64,000 nt of DNA from Cyanobacteria bacterium J06626_4 (GTDB lineage: Bacteria; Cyanobacteriota; Cyanobacteriia; Phormidesmidales; Phormidesmidaceae). The notes beneath the pieces were generated by a model, which saw nothing but the letters and a program-made list of their open reading frames with translations, was not told the DNA's origin and ran no database searches. The stretch spans positions 1-64,000 of the forward strand of contig JBCBJQ010000020.1 in the NCBI GenBank assembly GCA_038523235.1. Direction: 5' to 3'. Every line of letters starts with the position of its first letter. Positions within the stretch are counted from its first letter, which is position 1. Made by a program: the position numbers and the translations under genes. Shown one piece after another: positions 1-10,243 of the stretch.

Positions 1-310
1 CTACGATGCGGCCTTAGCGCTCAAACCCGACTTACACGCAGCGCTCAACAACAAAGGGCTTGCGCTGGCTATCTTGGGCCGCTACGAGGAGGCGATCGCG
101 GCCTATGATGCGGCGTTAGCGCTCAAACCCGACTTACACGAAGCGCTCAACAACAAAGGGCTTGCGCTGGGTGAATTAGGCCGCCATGAAGAGGCGATCA
201 CGGCCTACGATGCGGCCTTAGCGCTCAAACCCGACTTACACGAAGCGCTCAACAACAAAGGGCTTGCGCTGGCTATCTTGGGCCGCTACGAGGAGGCGAT
301 CGCGGCCTAC
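1..310 (+). repeat. 102-bp near-identical tandem DNA repeats encoding TPR units
   Basis: CTAY starts recur at 1, 103, 205 and 307 with near-identical sequence between. Confidence 0.9.
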
Positions 311-550
311 AATGCTGCCATTGCAATCAATTCTGAAGATCCCAGCCCCTATTACAACAACGCATGCTGCTATGGCTTGCAAGGCAAAGTCGAGCCTGCT
401 TTAGAGTATCTGCAACAGGCTATTCAACTAAGCCCTGAAAAATATCGCGAACTTGCTCAGACCGATACCGACTTTGACGTCATTCGCAATGACTCTCGGT
501 TTCAAGCACTGATAACGGTTGAAAATAAGGTGTCGGAAAGCAAGGGCTAA
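1..550 (+). CDS. TPR-repeat protein, 5' end outside window
   Basis: Frame is open from base 2; 34-aa repeats (YEEAIAAYDAALALKPDLHEALNNKGLAL) and a typical C-terminal YYNNACCY...DTDFD cap. Confidence 0.9.
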   Translation, partial: YDAALALKPDLHAALNNKGLALAILGRYEEAIAAYDAALALKPDLHEALNNKGLALGELGRHEEAITAYDAALALKPDLHEALNNKGLALAILGRYEEAIAAYNAAIAINSEDPSPYYNNACCYGLQGKVEPALEYLQQAIQLSPEKYRELAQTDTDFDVIRNDSRFQALITVENKVSESKG

Positions 551-624
551 ACTCCACTCCCTGAGCGTACTTATTCGCCCAATTTGTAAAGCTTCCCTGC
601 TCTCCTCTCTTTAGAAATCGCGTC

Positions 625-1626
625 TCAAGACTCTGCTTCTCCTGATGGACGATATAAGCAGTAAGTGACCAATAGGCAAAACAGCACCGTGCCCGTCGCA
701 TACTTCACCAGATGCGGCACCAACGGACTGGGGGAATAAAAGCCCTCAATCACGCCCGCGATGATCAACATCGGTACAATGCCATACACCAGCTCCGCCG
801 CTTGCTTGCCATAGACCTGCAGCGCATCCAGGCGGCGATACTTGCCCGGCAGCAAAATCGCCCGCGCCAGCAGCAGCCCCGCGCCCCCCGCAAAAAAGAT
901 CGCCGGTAGTTCCAGCGAGCCGTGGGGGAAGACAAAGGCCCAGAGGTCATAGGCCAAATCGGTTTGGGCCACCAGCGTCGCCACCGAGCCAATCATCAGC
1001 CCGTTAAACACCAAAATAAATACGGTGAAAGCGCCCGGCGGCGTGATGATCGGCACCTGGGGCAAAAAGAATGACACTCCGCCAAAGATGGCCTTAAAAC
1101 AGACGCCAATGTTGTTAATCATGATGGCGCTAGAGGCGATCGGCTCTTGGCCCAAAATCGACACCGTCCATAGTTCTTCACTCTCTTGTACCTCGGCGAC
1201 AAACCCCGGCCCCAACACCAAAGACATAAACGACGGGTCTTGCCAGGCATACCACCAGGCGACGAACCCGCTGATGACGAACAGCGCGGTGGCGATCGCA
1301 ATGTAGCCCCATGAGCGCCGCACCGCCGCCGGAAAGCCCACCCGATAAAAATCCACTACGGTGTGCCAGTCTTGGCGGCGGGAGCCCTGATAAATCTGGC
1401 TATAGCTACGGGCCGTCAGCCCCTGCAAATCGCGCACGAGGGCGTCGCCGACGTGGTGGGTGCGAGCGCGCGCCAAGTCCGCCGAGACCGAGCGATACAG
1501 GCTAGCCAGCGTTTTGACGTCTTCGGTTTTGAGCGCGTCTAAGCCTTGCTTTTCGGCGCGCTTGAGCAAGCTGTCAAGCCGCCGCCAACTGGCTTCGCGC
1601 CTGGCTACCCACCGTTGAATGTTCAT
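625..1626 (-). CDS. SpoIIM/DUF95 family membrane protein
   Basis: LYR...DLA, NNIGV and PHGSLELPAI motifs; hydrophobic segments; near an RDD gene. Confidence 0.85.
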   Translation of the reverse strand: MNIQRWVARREASWRRLDSLLKRAEKQGLDALKTEDVKTLASLYRSVSADLARARTHHVGDALVRDLQGLTARSYSQIYQGSRRQDWHTVVDFYRVGFPAAVRRSWGYIAIATALFVISGFVAWWYAWQDPSFMSLVLGPGFVAEVQESEELWTVSILGQEPIASSAIMINNIGVCFKAIFGGVSFFLPQVPIITPPGAFTVFILVFNGLMIGSVATLVAQTDLAYDLWAFVFPHGSLELPAIFFAGGAGLLLARAILLPGKYRRLDALQVYGKQAAELVYGIVPMLIIAGVIEGFYSPSPLVPHLVKYATGTVLFCLLVTYCLYRPSGEAES

Positions 1627-1718
1627 GAAAGTAAATATTATTGGCTGATGCCTAGCCTAGGATATGGGCACGCTGTTGACAGATCTGCCCCCAATATTTA
1701 CGCAAAATTTAAAGACCT

Positions 1719-2582
1719 ATGGCTTCTCCCTCTTCTCGCCAGCTGCGCCCGCTCAATGTCGGTGATGTGGTTAGTGCCGGTATCAGCTTAGTCAGGGCAC
1801 ATTTCAAAACCTACTTGGGGCTCAGTCTCAAGGCCGCCCTGTGGTACCTGATACCGGTTTATGGCTGGGCCAAGGGGCTGATGATTTTTGCGCAGATTGG
1901 GCGCTTGGGCTTTCACGAAGTCATTCGTCAGCCTGAAACCGTGGCGTTATCTCTCCGAAATGTGCGACCTCGCATGTGGAGCTTCTTAGGGGTGGCAATG
2001 CTGGTGAGCCTGATTCAACTTGCGCTCAACTATGCGATCTCGCTCGTGGCGGGCATTTTGCTCGTGCCCCTGGCGGCGATTGGGGCGGCTGGTGCCTCGG
2101 CGGCCATTTTGTCTGGCGTTCTAATTGTCGCTATGCAGCTAATTATATTTGCGGGGCAAACCTGGATTCAAGCGCGATTTTGGGTGTATGACATGATTCT
2201 CGCGATGGAAACTGAAAGCGAACCCACGGCGGCGATATCGCGTAGTTGGGAGCTGACCAAAGGGTCGGCGACGCGGGTGCTGTTGGTGCTGCTGGTGTCT
2301 TATCTCGTGATGGCCCCGCTGTATTTGCTCTCCTTTGTGCCGTTTTTATTCACGATTCCCTTCTTTGCGGGCATTTCGATCGATGCCACAGCTAATGAAG
2401 CTTTGGGGATCGCGCTGGTGTTGGCGACGTTAGCCTTTTTCTTTCTGTTTTTCTTTGCGGTGGTGTTGTCAGCCCCGTTTTTTCAATCCCTCAAGGCGGT
2501 GCTGTATTATGACCTGCGCAATCGCCGCGAAGGCCTTGATCTGCAATTTCGCGATCGCCCCAGCGACCCAGACCGCCCATGA
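1719..2582 (+). CDS. Conserved integral membrane protein (DUF975/GDPD-membrane-domain-like)
   Basis: RPLNVGDVV start, SRSWELTKG, LYYDLRNRREGLDL end; multiple TM segments. Confidence 0.7.
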   Translation: MASPSSRQLRPLNVGDVVSAGISLVRAHFKTYLGLSLKAALWYLIPVYGWAKGLMIFAQIGRLGFHEVIRQPETVALSLRNVRPRMWSFLGVAMLVSLIQLALNYAISLVAGILLVPLAAIGAAGASAAILSGVLIVAMQLIIFAGQTWIQARFWVYDMILAMETESEPTAAISRSWELTKGSATRVLLVLLVSYLVMAPLYLLSFVPFLFTIPFFAGISIDATANEALGIALVLATLAFFFLFFFAVVLSAPFFQSLKAVLYYDLRNRREGLDLQFRDRPSDPDRP

Positions 2583-3385
2583 ATCTATTTAAAACCATCA
2601 CCATTCGCACGCCCGAAAGTGTCGAGCTAGAGTTTACGCTGGCGGGCATTGGCAATCGCGCCCTGGCCCTCCTGATTGACTACCTGCTGGTGGCTTTGTT
2701 GATCTCGCTGGTCTCGATCATTGCTTCGTTTTTGAGTGAGCAACTGGTGGCCCTGTGGGCGCAAATTGGCGGTGGCACAGATGCCCTGGATCTGTGGCTG
2801 GTGGCGATCGCCTTTCTCGTGACGATGGCGATCTACTGGGGCTATTTCGTCGGGTTTGAGACGCTGTGGCAGGGGCAAACCCCTGGCAAACGCCTGACCA
2901 AAATCCGCGTAATTAACGACAACGGCAAGCCCGCCGGCGTCTTTCAAGCGACGCTGCGATCGCTGCTGCGCCCCGTGGATGACATCTTGTTTATCGGCTT
3001 TTTCTGTATCCTGTTTGGCCAACAGGAAAAACGCATCGGTGATTGGCTGGCGGGCACGCTGGTGGTGCAGTCAGAAACGGGTGTCGGTGAAGCCACTGTG
3101 CGCATTTCAACCCGTTCCCAAACCTTAGCGACAGAGCTGATGGCGCAGGCCAACGTCGGCAATCTGCTGCCCGATGACTTCGCCATGCTGCGCCAGTACC
3201 TGCAGCGCCGCCAGATTCTCACTAAGGCGGCCCGCCAAAACCTGAGTGTCCAGATGGCGCAGCAGCTTAAAGACATTGTGGAACTTGACCAGCTGCCGGA
3301 AGAAGAACTCCCCGCCGAACAGTTTTTGGAAGCCATTTACGTGGCTTATCAGCAAAAGTTTGGCGATCGCCGTCGCGCCTATTAG
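2579..3385 (+). CDS. RDD family protein
   Basis: TPESVEL..AGIGNRALALLID, GQTPGKR and KRIGDWLAGT motifs. Confidence 0.9.
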   Translation: MNLFKTITIRTPESVELEFTLAGIGNRALALLIDYLLVALLISLVSIIASFLSEQLVALWAQIGGGTDALDLWLVAIAFLVTMAIYWGYFVGFETLWQGQTPGKRLTKIRVINDNGKPAGVFQATLRSLLRPVDDILFIGFFCILFGQQEKRIGDWLAGTLVVQSETGVGEATVRISTRSQTLATELMAQANVGNLLPDDFAMLRQYLQRRQILTKAARQNLSVQMAQQLKDIVELDQLPEEELPAEQFLEAIYVAYQQKFGDRRRAY

Positions 3386-3520
3386 AGCGATCGCCCTCGC
3401 CGGGACGGTGCTGCTGCATAGAAACCTGGTATATCCGGCGTTTCACCGGTTCGAAACGCAAGGAACCCCCAATTTTGTGTTAGAAGAATGAGGTAGCTGC
3501 TTTTCAGGAAATCATTCGTT

Positions 3521-3709
3521 ATGCTTCTCCCCGGTGCTGCTGTTCGCGTCGTCAACCTGGATGACACCTACTACGGATTTCAAGGTCAGGTGCAGCGTAT
3601 TGCCGATGGTAAGGTCGCCGTACTGTTTGAAGGTGGCAATTGGGACAAGCTCGTCACCTTTAATGCCGCTGAGCTAGAGCCCCTCGACAAGCGTCGCGGC
3701 AAGAAATAG
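3521..3709 (+). CDS. ndhS: NDH-1 subunit S
   Basis: [39 protein letters not shown] matches NdhS. Confidence 0.92.
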   Translation: MLLPGAAVRVVNLDDTYYGFQGQVQRIADGKVAVLFEGGNWDKLVTFNAAELEPLDKRRGKK

Positions 3710-3942
3710 GGCAGTTGCTGACAAGTAGCATTCAATCATGGGGGTTGGCGCTGCCCAGCCCCTACCAAGATGGCTCCTGTAATCAGTCTGTTTTTGGATA
3801 TCAACCCTTCAGAGACTTCCCCCTCAAAACAGCCCACTCTTTTACAAAATGCCTACCCGCTACCCCCTACCCGTCTACTCACCGACAACCGACAACTCAA
3901 TTTACAGCCTTCTAAATTGAGTGCCCTCGTCAGGATTGCGAT

Positions 3943-4584
3943 ATGCGATTGCCCCTGCCTCAGCTAGCGTCCCAGTCTCACCCGCCCAATCACATTGCCG
4001 AGGTGATTGAAACTTCCACAACGGAATTTCTGGCGCAGTGTTTGGAGCCCGACTCCTTGAGCTTTGCCCAGATGCCGCCCTTTGGTAGTTGGGTGAAGGC
4101 GGCTGATGAAGATTCCGGCAATCAGATTTTTGGTGTGGTTTATCATGCCACCACGAGTCCTCTCGATTCGGTGCATCGGGCCACCGCCTTGGGCCTATCG
4201 CTGGCCGAACTGCGGGAGCAGCAACCGCAAATTTTTGCCATGCTCAAAACAGAATTTCGCGTGGCGATCGTCGGTTTCAAACCAGCAGGTAATGAGGCCG
4301 TTTATCAACACCTACCGCCGCGTCCTCCCCAAGTGCACCAAGCGGTTTACCACTGTGAGCCGGCTGAGGTCGTGGCTTTTACCGAGCAGCTCGACTTTTT
4401 GCGGACTCTGATGGATATGCGCAGTGCCCCGGTTGATGGGCTGATTGCCGCTGTGATTCGCCATGTTTATCAGCTGCGTCAATTAGACCGCGATTGGCTA
4501 GTCCAGGCCGGGCGCATTTTGAACGTGCTGCTGAAAGATGACTACGATCGCCTCCGCATTATTCTTGCTCAAATTCATCCCTAA
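3943..4584 (+). CDS. HAS-barrel domain protein
   Basis: HIAEVIETSTTEFLAQC, PPFGSWVK and LPPRPPQVH motifs. Confidence 0.75.
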   Translation: MRLPLPQLASQSHPPNHIAEVIETSTTEFLAQCLEPDSLSFAQMPPFGSWVKAADEDSGNQIFGVVYHATTSPLDSVHRATALGLSLAELREQQPQIFAMLKTEFRVAIVGFKPAGNEAVYQHLPPRPPQVHQAVYHCEPAEVVAFTEQLDFLRTLMDMRSAPVDGLIAAVIRHVYQLRQLDRDWLVQAGRILNVLLKDDYDRLRIILAQIHP

Positions 4585-4587
4585 CCC

Positions 4588-5763
4588 ATGCAGACCTTCG
4601 ATTGGATTGTCGTTGGCAATGGCTTGACCGGCGCGGCGTTGAGCTACGAACTCGCCCGTCAAGGCCACACTGTCCTACTGCTCGAAAAGTCGATTTCGCC
4701 TACTAGTGCCACCCGCTACAGCTACGGCGGTGTGCCGTTTTGGTCGGGTAGCAGCGATTTGCTGCGCCAGCTCTGTCGCGAAGGTCGCGACCGCTACCAG
4801 GCGATTCCGGAGGAGACGGGCGTCTCGCCAGAGTTTCGAGAACTCGATCTATTGCTCACGGTAGATCTCGACCAAGATCCGCAAAAATTAGTGGAGCGCT
4901 ATGCGACGGTGGCGATGCCGCCGACCCCGATTTCGGCTCAGGAGGCGGCAGCGCTGGAACCTCAGCTGAATCCTGATGCGATTGCGGGGGCGCTGACGGT
5001 GCGGCATGGCCATGTGAATCCCACACTGCTGGTGAAAGCCTACAATCAAGGCCTGCAAAAACTGGGCGGTCAGATCGTGATTGCTACCGTAACCGGGTTA
5101 GTGCGAATTGGCGATCGCATTACCGGCGTGACGACGCCGACTCAAGCCTACGCGGCGGGCAATGTGGCGATCGCGGCGGGAGGGCTCACCCGAGAATTGC
5201 TCAAAACCGCTGGCGTCAAGGTGCCGGTCTATTTCACCCACGCCGAAATTGTGGAAACGCCGCCGCTTGAATCGCAATTTCGCGCGCTGATCATGCCCGC
5301 TGACCTGACCCGCTCCGCGATCGAGTCGGAAGCGACAGACGACGATTCAGACGATATTTGGGATGAAGCCGGTCATGAAATTAGGCCGCCCTTCTTGGAT
5401 GCTGGCTTCATTCAGTTTCTTGATGGTACGGTGCGCATTGGTCAAGTTAGCCGTATTGATACGACCTTAGAGCCGGTGCTAGACGCTCAAGCCAGCGAGC
5501 AAAAAATTCGCGCGGGCATTGCACCTCTGATTCCCGCTTTGGCGGAGGTGCCGGGTCAATGGCGGGCTTGTCGGGTGGCCTTTAGCCAGGATGGCTTGCC
5601 GCTCGCTGGGGCGGTGCCGGGTGTGACTGGAGCGTACGTATTCTCAGGATTTACCGGTCCCTTTGCTTTAGTTCCAGCCGCTGCAGTACATTTTGCTGAG
5701 TCAGTCACGACTGGAAAATCTGCCCTGATGCCGCAGTTGTCCCTGCAACGCCTAATGAAATGA
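4588..5763 (+). CDS. FAD-dependent oxidoreductase (DAO/glycine oxidase family)
   Basis: N-terminal VVGNGLTG dinucleotide motif; DGLPLAG. Confidence 0.85.
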   Translation: MQTFDWIVVGNGLTGAALSYELARQGHTVLLLEKSISPTSATRYSYGGVPFWSGSSDLLRQLCREGRDRYQAIPEETGVSPEFRELDLLLTVDLDQDPQKLVERYATVAMPPTPISAQEAAALEPQLNPDAIAGALTVRHGHVNPTLLVKAYNQGLQKLGGQIVIATVTGLVRIGDRITGVTTPTQAYAAGNVAIAAGGLTRELLKTAGVKVPVYFTHAEIVETPPLESQFRALIMPADLTRSAIESEATDDDSDDIWDEAGHEIRPPFLDAGFIQFLDGTVRIGQVSRIDTTLEPVLDAQASEQKIRAGIAPLIPALAEVPGQWRACRVAFSQDGLPLAGAVPGVTGAYVFSGFTGPFALVPAAAVHFAESVTTGKSALMPQLSLQRLMK

Positions 5764-6155
5764 CTAAAGTGCCTAACCCAGAGTGGTTATACGGTCGCTG
5801 GTATCCGGTGGATGACGAGCCGAGCGATCGCTTCATCCTGCAACGAGCATCTCAATTGTCCATGGGCTGGGGACAGCAATATGAGTTTGCCGCCGATGGC
5901 ACCTTTGGCAATATCTACAGTGCTCGCTGTGGTAACGATCCGCGCATTCATCACTGGGTCGGGACTTGGGAGTGGATTGTGGTGGGGCGATCGATTTTAC
6001 TCAAACCGGGTGCTCCTACCCCAGACCCCAAATTTGATGCCCCTCTACCGCCGCCGCCCAGAAAACGCACTTGCCAGGTCGAAACGCTGACTCAGGATGC
6101 CCTGGTGCTGGTATTTGCCCCGACCGCTGGGTTGGCGTTAGGGGAGTTGGCTTGA
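5760..6155 (+). CDS. Hypothetical protein
   Basis: ATGA overlap with upstream stop; Trp/Gly-rich, beta-like sequence. Confidence 0.55.
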   Translation: MTKVPNPEWLYGRWYPVDDEPSDRFILQRASQLSMGWGQQYEFAADGTFGNIYSARCGNDPRIHHWVGTWEWIVVGRSILLKPGAPTPDPKFDAPLPPPPRKRTCQVETLTQDALVLVFAPTAGLALGELA

Positions 6156-6207
6156 GGGGCTTTGGCGTGAGGGGATGGGCGATCGCCGCCGTAGACAGCG
6201 GTTGTCG

Positions 6208-7032
6208 TCAAGTCTCTCGTGATTCTGTTACCAGCGTCAGACTAGCCCAGCCACCTTGAGCGGTGTATTGACGAATCATCCGCTGGCGTTGGTTGGGGGC
6301 AATCATCCATCCCACTTCTAGGAACAGAGGCTGACGCGGTTCGATGTGGGTCGGACAAGTTGAGGAAGCGCCGTCGGGCAGCAATAAAACCTGGACGGAC
6401 TGCGACCCGGTTTCGAACAAAATACGATTGCCCGTCACGGTGCCTTGGGTCTCAATGGGAGGCACTCCTTCGCCAAACTGCAGAGTCTGCTGGACGGTAT
6501 TACCCTGGCAGGTGATTTCTAGGCGGGTTGGGTAGGTGTCGCTGGGGCGCAGATCGGGATACAGAGTCACGGCTTCGCCTGTCCAGGTGCCGGTCAAGGC
6601 TGCCAAGGTGAGGGCTGGTCGGACTGAGGGCGGCGTCCCGTCTCGATGCTCTCGAATGAGGGTGAGTTGGCTCAATTGGCGGGTGTTGTCAAACAGCTGT
6701 ACTAAACGCAGGCGCTGGTTGCTGGCAATTAACCCGAGTTCTGCCCCAAACTCCGAAAACGGCCCCCACTGAATCGACCCTTGAGAAAAGGCCCCATGCT
6801 CGAAAAATAAAACGCTTTTGGCGAGAGAACGATATTCTAAAACCGTTTCCTGAGGCAGCTCGTCGGCCGGTTGTCGGATGATTTCTTGACGCATCAGATT
6901 GCCCGCATCGAGCGGTTTTAGCGTCACCACTGAGGGCGTGTCTTTGACGATTTCACCAGTGGGATCAAGCTGAGTGAACGACCCCACCCAAGTCCCCGCA
7001 TTCTTGAGTAATCGCTCCCATTGTGAGGCCAT
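6208..7032 (-). CDS. DUF3598 family protein
   Basis: SQWERLLKN.G.W.GSFT, GAFSQG and LTLIRE motifs; ATG at 7032. Confidence 0.8.
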   Translation of the reverse strand: MASQWERLLKNAGTWVGSFTQLDPTGEIVKDTPSVVTLKPLDAGNLMRQEIIRQPADELPQETVLEYRSLAKSVLFFEHGAFSQGSIQWGPFSEFGAELGLIASNQRLRLVQLFDNTRQLSQLTLIREHRDGTPPSVRPALTLAALTGTWTGEAVTLYPDLRPSDTYPTRLEITCQGNTVQQTLQFGEGVPPIETQGTVTGNRILFETGSQSVQVLLLPDGASSTCPTHIEPRQPLFLEVGWMIAPNQRQRMIRQYTAQGGWASLTLVTESRET

Positions 7033-7204
7033 GAGTCGTTTCCTCAAACCTATCGCAACACACACAAAGCTGTGGACATCCCGTAGGCAATGCCCACAGG
7101 CCGTAGATGATGGCCTTGTTCTATCGATTGACTAGATTATGGATCGCTATGCTGCCATCGCCAACGTCTCATATTTTTGACACTCATTTCAGCATGGATG
7201 CTTG

Positions 7205-7441
7205 CTTAGTGGGTGACAAAGCAACTCTAGCCCAAGTAGGGCCGGGCTTTGAGAAAATAGCAAGGCAAAAAAGAAGAGCTCTTCCGAGACTCCCCACAAC
7301 AATTATGTTGACTGCACTCCACTCAACAACTCTCCGCGCTCACCTGAACGAAAAGCAGTATTTGACCTTGAAGCTGCTGTTGCTATGGCGGCAACTGCAC
7401 ACCGGCCGCGACCTCCTCTTGGAGAAATGTCACCCGGTTGG
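7205..7441 (+). mobile_element. Internally deleted IS4-like element / transposase stub
   Basis: Inverted GGGTGACA (7211-7218) and TGTCACCC (7428-7435) bracket MLTALHSTTLRAHLNEKQYLTLKLLL, which resembles cyanobacterial IS4 transposase N-termini. Confidence 0.55.
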
Positions 7442-7506
7442 CTTTGAGTGTGGCTAATCCAGTGCTCTCAATGCGCGGGAACGCGGTTGAACCCACTGCA
7501 CAGCCC

Positions 7507-8391
7507 CTATTCACTCGCTTCTGTCGCCGGAGCAGCGTCATTTTGCTGTAACTGATCGGCTTGGTTGAGGGCTTGGTCGCTGTTTTGCTGATAAGTCAGA
7601 ATGCGATCTTGAGCGATCGCATAGCGTTCATCTTCTATCGGCACCTCTGCCATCAGGTCGGCAGCTCGCTGCCAGCGGGCGGCCAAATCGAGCCATTCTG
7701 CTGGAGTCGTGGCCTGCTGACCAGCCGTGACCGATTGCTGGGCCAGCCGCACAGCTTGGGCAAAAGTGTCAGGAGCAGCAGGCGTCTGGGTGGTGGGTTC
7801 TGCCACTGTGACGGCATCGGGTGAAAACAACTGTGCCCAAGTGACACCGAGGCGATGTTTAAACACCCAACCCACCAAGAGCACAAGTAAACACAGGCTC
7901 GCCCCCCCGACGACCCCCCGCAAAAAGTATTTTTGACCAAGTTGATTTTTTTTCTGATCGGTCACCACAATTTCGTTGCGGGCTTTGGGCTGCTGTAGGT
8001 CTTGCCAAAGCCGAGAAACTGGATTGGGTTGCTTGAGCTTGATCAACTCCGACCAGAGCAGCTGATTTTCGGGATCACGAGTGATTTCCTCAAACCAGAG
8101 TAGCTGCTGCTCGCGCACGATGCGACTGTTGATGTTGACCTTGCGAATGCTTTTAGGCGCTAGCTCTTCTAAAATTCCCTGCACGCGGGGCACCACGGTT
8201 GATTGTTCAAGCTGCTCCGGGGTGGGCGCTTCACACAGCAGCTGCAAAACCCCATCAGCGAGAATCGCGCGAGTGCGAATCTGAGATTCTGCCAGGCGTT
8301 CGTTCAAAATCTGAATAATGGCTGCCACGCTGCCTTGGCGTGCTTGCCCAAGAATATCGTTGACTGAGGGGGTAGATTGAGCCGTTTGCAT
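7507..8391 (-). CDS. Conserved cyanobacterial single-TM hypothetical protein
   Basis: ARQGSVAAIIQILN N-terminal domain, one TM, C-terminal AVRLA..A..W..A helical domain. Confidence 0.75.
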   Translation of the reverse strand: MQTAQSTPSVNDILGQARQGSVAAIIQILNERLAESQIRTRAILADGVLQLLCEAPTPEQLEQSTVVPRVQGILEELAPKSIRKVNINSRIVREQQLLWFEEITRDPENQLLWSELIKLKQPNPVSRLWQDLQQPKARNEIVVTDQKKNQLGQKYFLRGVVGGASLCLLVLLVGWVFKHRLGVTWAQLFSPDAVTVAEPTTQTPAAPDTFAQAVRLAQQSVTAGQQATTPAEWLDLAARWQRAADLMAEVPIEDERYAIAQDRILTYQQNSDQALNQADQLQQNDAAPATEASE

Positions 8392-8880
8392 AGCTGGCAG
8401 GCACACTCGATAAAGTAAAAACCAGTTTAACTTTAATCTCTAGAAAGGTTGTAATCTTCCCGAAAAGAATCTTTATTTCACATATTGTTAATGTACCGGA
8501 AAGACTGTTCTTACTTACTTGAATCCATGAAATGCGGTGCTTTCTCGACGGCCATAGGCCAGACTCTCGATAACGAACATCGTTGGGTCATCGCCCGTAA
8601 TGGGGTGAAGTGACTGGATATTTTGACTGAGGCGCTTGCCGCCATTTAAACAGCCGACTGCAAAGATTTTTCGTCATGTGTTGTGCATCAGCTTTTACCT
8701 GGCAATCACGTCAGTGGCCTGTTCTTAATCACTTCTGCTCGCCGATCGCGCTGCCAGATCATATTTTTCGCTCGGCGTTTACCAGTCGAGAATTGCCGTC
8801 AAATGCGACATAAACTGCCGTTACTCCAGACGAAAAACCGTTAGCCATTGTGAGGAGTTGGTCAGCGGCGTTTAACGGCC

Positions 8881-9636
8881 TCAAGAGCCCGATTTCTCGC
8901 TCAAATGCTGACAGTCGTTAAATCGCTTGATTTGCCACAAATCACTGATCCCCAAGCTGATGCCTGCGGCCGACCAGCGATCGCGATCAAGCCAAAACTC
9001 AAAGGTGGCTGTGTTTGCCATCGGCATCTGCCAGGTGCGATCGCAGCCCATGAGACAGGCAATCAGATGCTCCATAATCCACTGGTGCGAGATCAGCCAA
9101 ACGGCATCGCCATTGTGATGGGTAGCCAGTAAATAATTGATGAAATCAGCGGCGCGAGATCGCCCGTCCAGCGGCGTTTCCGCATGGGGGATGGGCACCC
9201 AATCAGGACTTGTTTCTAACGCTTGACAGAGGTCTGGGTATTGCTGCTGGGCCTCTCGCCACGTCAAACCGGTCAAAATGCCGGCATCAAACTCCTGCAG
9301 CTGAGGCATGATGTTCAATTGCGGTAAATCGTCTGCCCTCTCCGCCGTTAGCCGCTGGGCCGGATCGCCGCTAGAGGTCGGCACAATTTTCGGTATTGTG
9401 GGGCCTGAGAGTTGCCACTGCCAAACCTGCGCCAGTTCAGTGACTGAATCGAGGGCTCGCTGCAGCGGGCTACTGTAGATGTGGCTTGGTCGCCATCCCT
9501 GCTGGTACAAGTGACGGGCTAATTGCTGACATTGACGTTGCCCCTGGGCAGTGAGTCGATCAGTTTCGTGGCTGCTCATGCGTTGGGCTCGGTTGCCGGT
9601 CGATTCGCCATGACGAATGAAGAGGAGTTTTAGCAT
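8881..9636 (-). CDS. Histidine phosphatase (PGM-like) family protein
   Basis: RHGES, SSPLQRA and ISH motifs. Confidence 0.9.
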   Translation of the reverse strand: MLKLLFIRHGESTGNRAQRMSSHETDRLTAQGQRQCQQLARHLYQQGWRPSHIYSSPLQRALDSVTELAQVWQWQLSGPTIPKIVPTSSGDPAQRLTAERADDLPQLNIMPQLQEFDAGILTGLTWREAQQQYPDLCQALETSPDWVPIPHAETPLDGRSRAADFINYLLATHHNGDAVWLISHQWIMEHLIACLMGCDRTWQMPMANTATFEFWLDRDRWSAAGISLGISDLWQIKRFNDCQHLSEKSGS

Positions 9637-9679
9637 CAGTTTACTGGTTCGGTTGGCGATCGCCCCGTCACGGCTTGCT

Positions 9680-9837
9680 CTAGTGCAGCGCCAAGTTTAA
9701 ATTTGTGCGTCCTCAAAATTGAAGAGTAAGTGTCTTGTTTGGACGGGCATCTTGCCCGTTTGCCCGACAGGAATCAATCCGGATTGCCATCGTTCTGAAA
9801 GTCAACACCCACAAATTGAGAACTGACAGACCACTAG
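9680..9837. mobile_element. MITE-like element
   Basis: 28-bp imperfect terminal inverted repeats (19/28) ending in CTAG; internal hairpin ACGGGCA-TCT-TGCCCGT (9743-9759). Confidence 0.6.
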
Positions 9838-10243
9838 TCACAGTAGTTCACGCGAACAGAACTGTGATCGCTTCAGCAATGGCGTTGTGCAATCCTCTGC
9901 TCACCGGCCATTAAGCGCCTGGCGTCAATTAGATTAGCCTGAGGATAAAAGTGCGCACGTCGGCATTTAGCCTAAGCTAAATCAGCCAGTTTCGGTTGTT
10001 GATCGCGGCGGGCAAGTTGAAATTATCTATCTGCGATCGCGCTTCACGATAAATTAAAAGCATTAACGGACTGATGTTCAGCATCCTGACTGAATGCCGA
10101 ACATCAGTCCGTGAGGTTTTGCAATTGCTAGAGCTTGCCCCCTTTAGACTAGGGATGATGCTCGAGACAGGGGGTGCAGGATTTAGCAATGGGCGCAGAG
10201 GCAGGGACCGCTAGGCCTGACCTCAAAGGTTTTTAGCCGTTCA

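Noticed and set aside
1..310. CRISPR-like periodic repeats
   Set aside because: No unique spacers; the period is exactly 34 codons of a TPR protein. No CRISPR array or cas gene seen in the window
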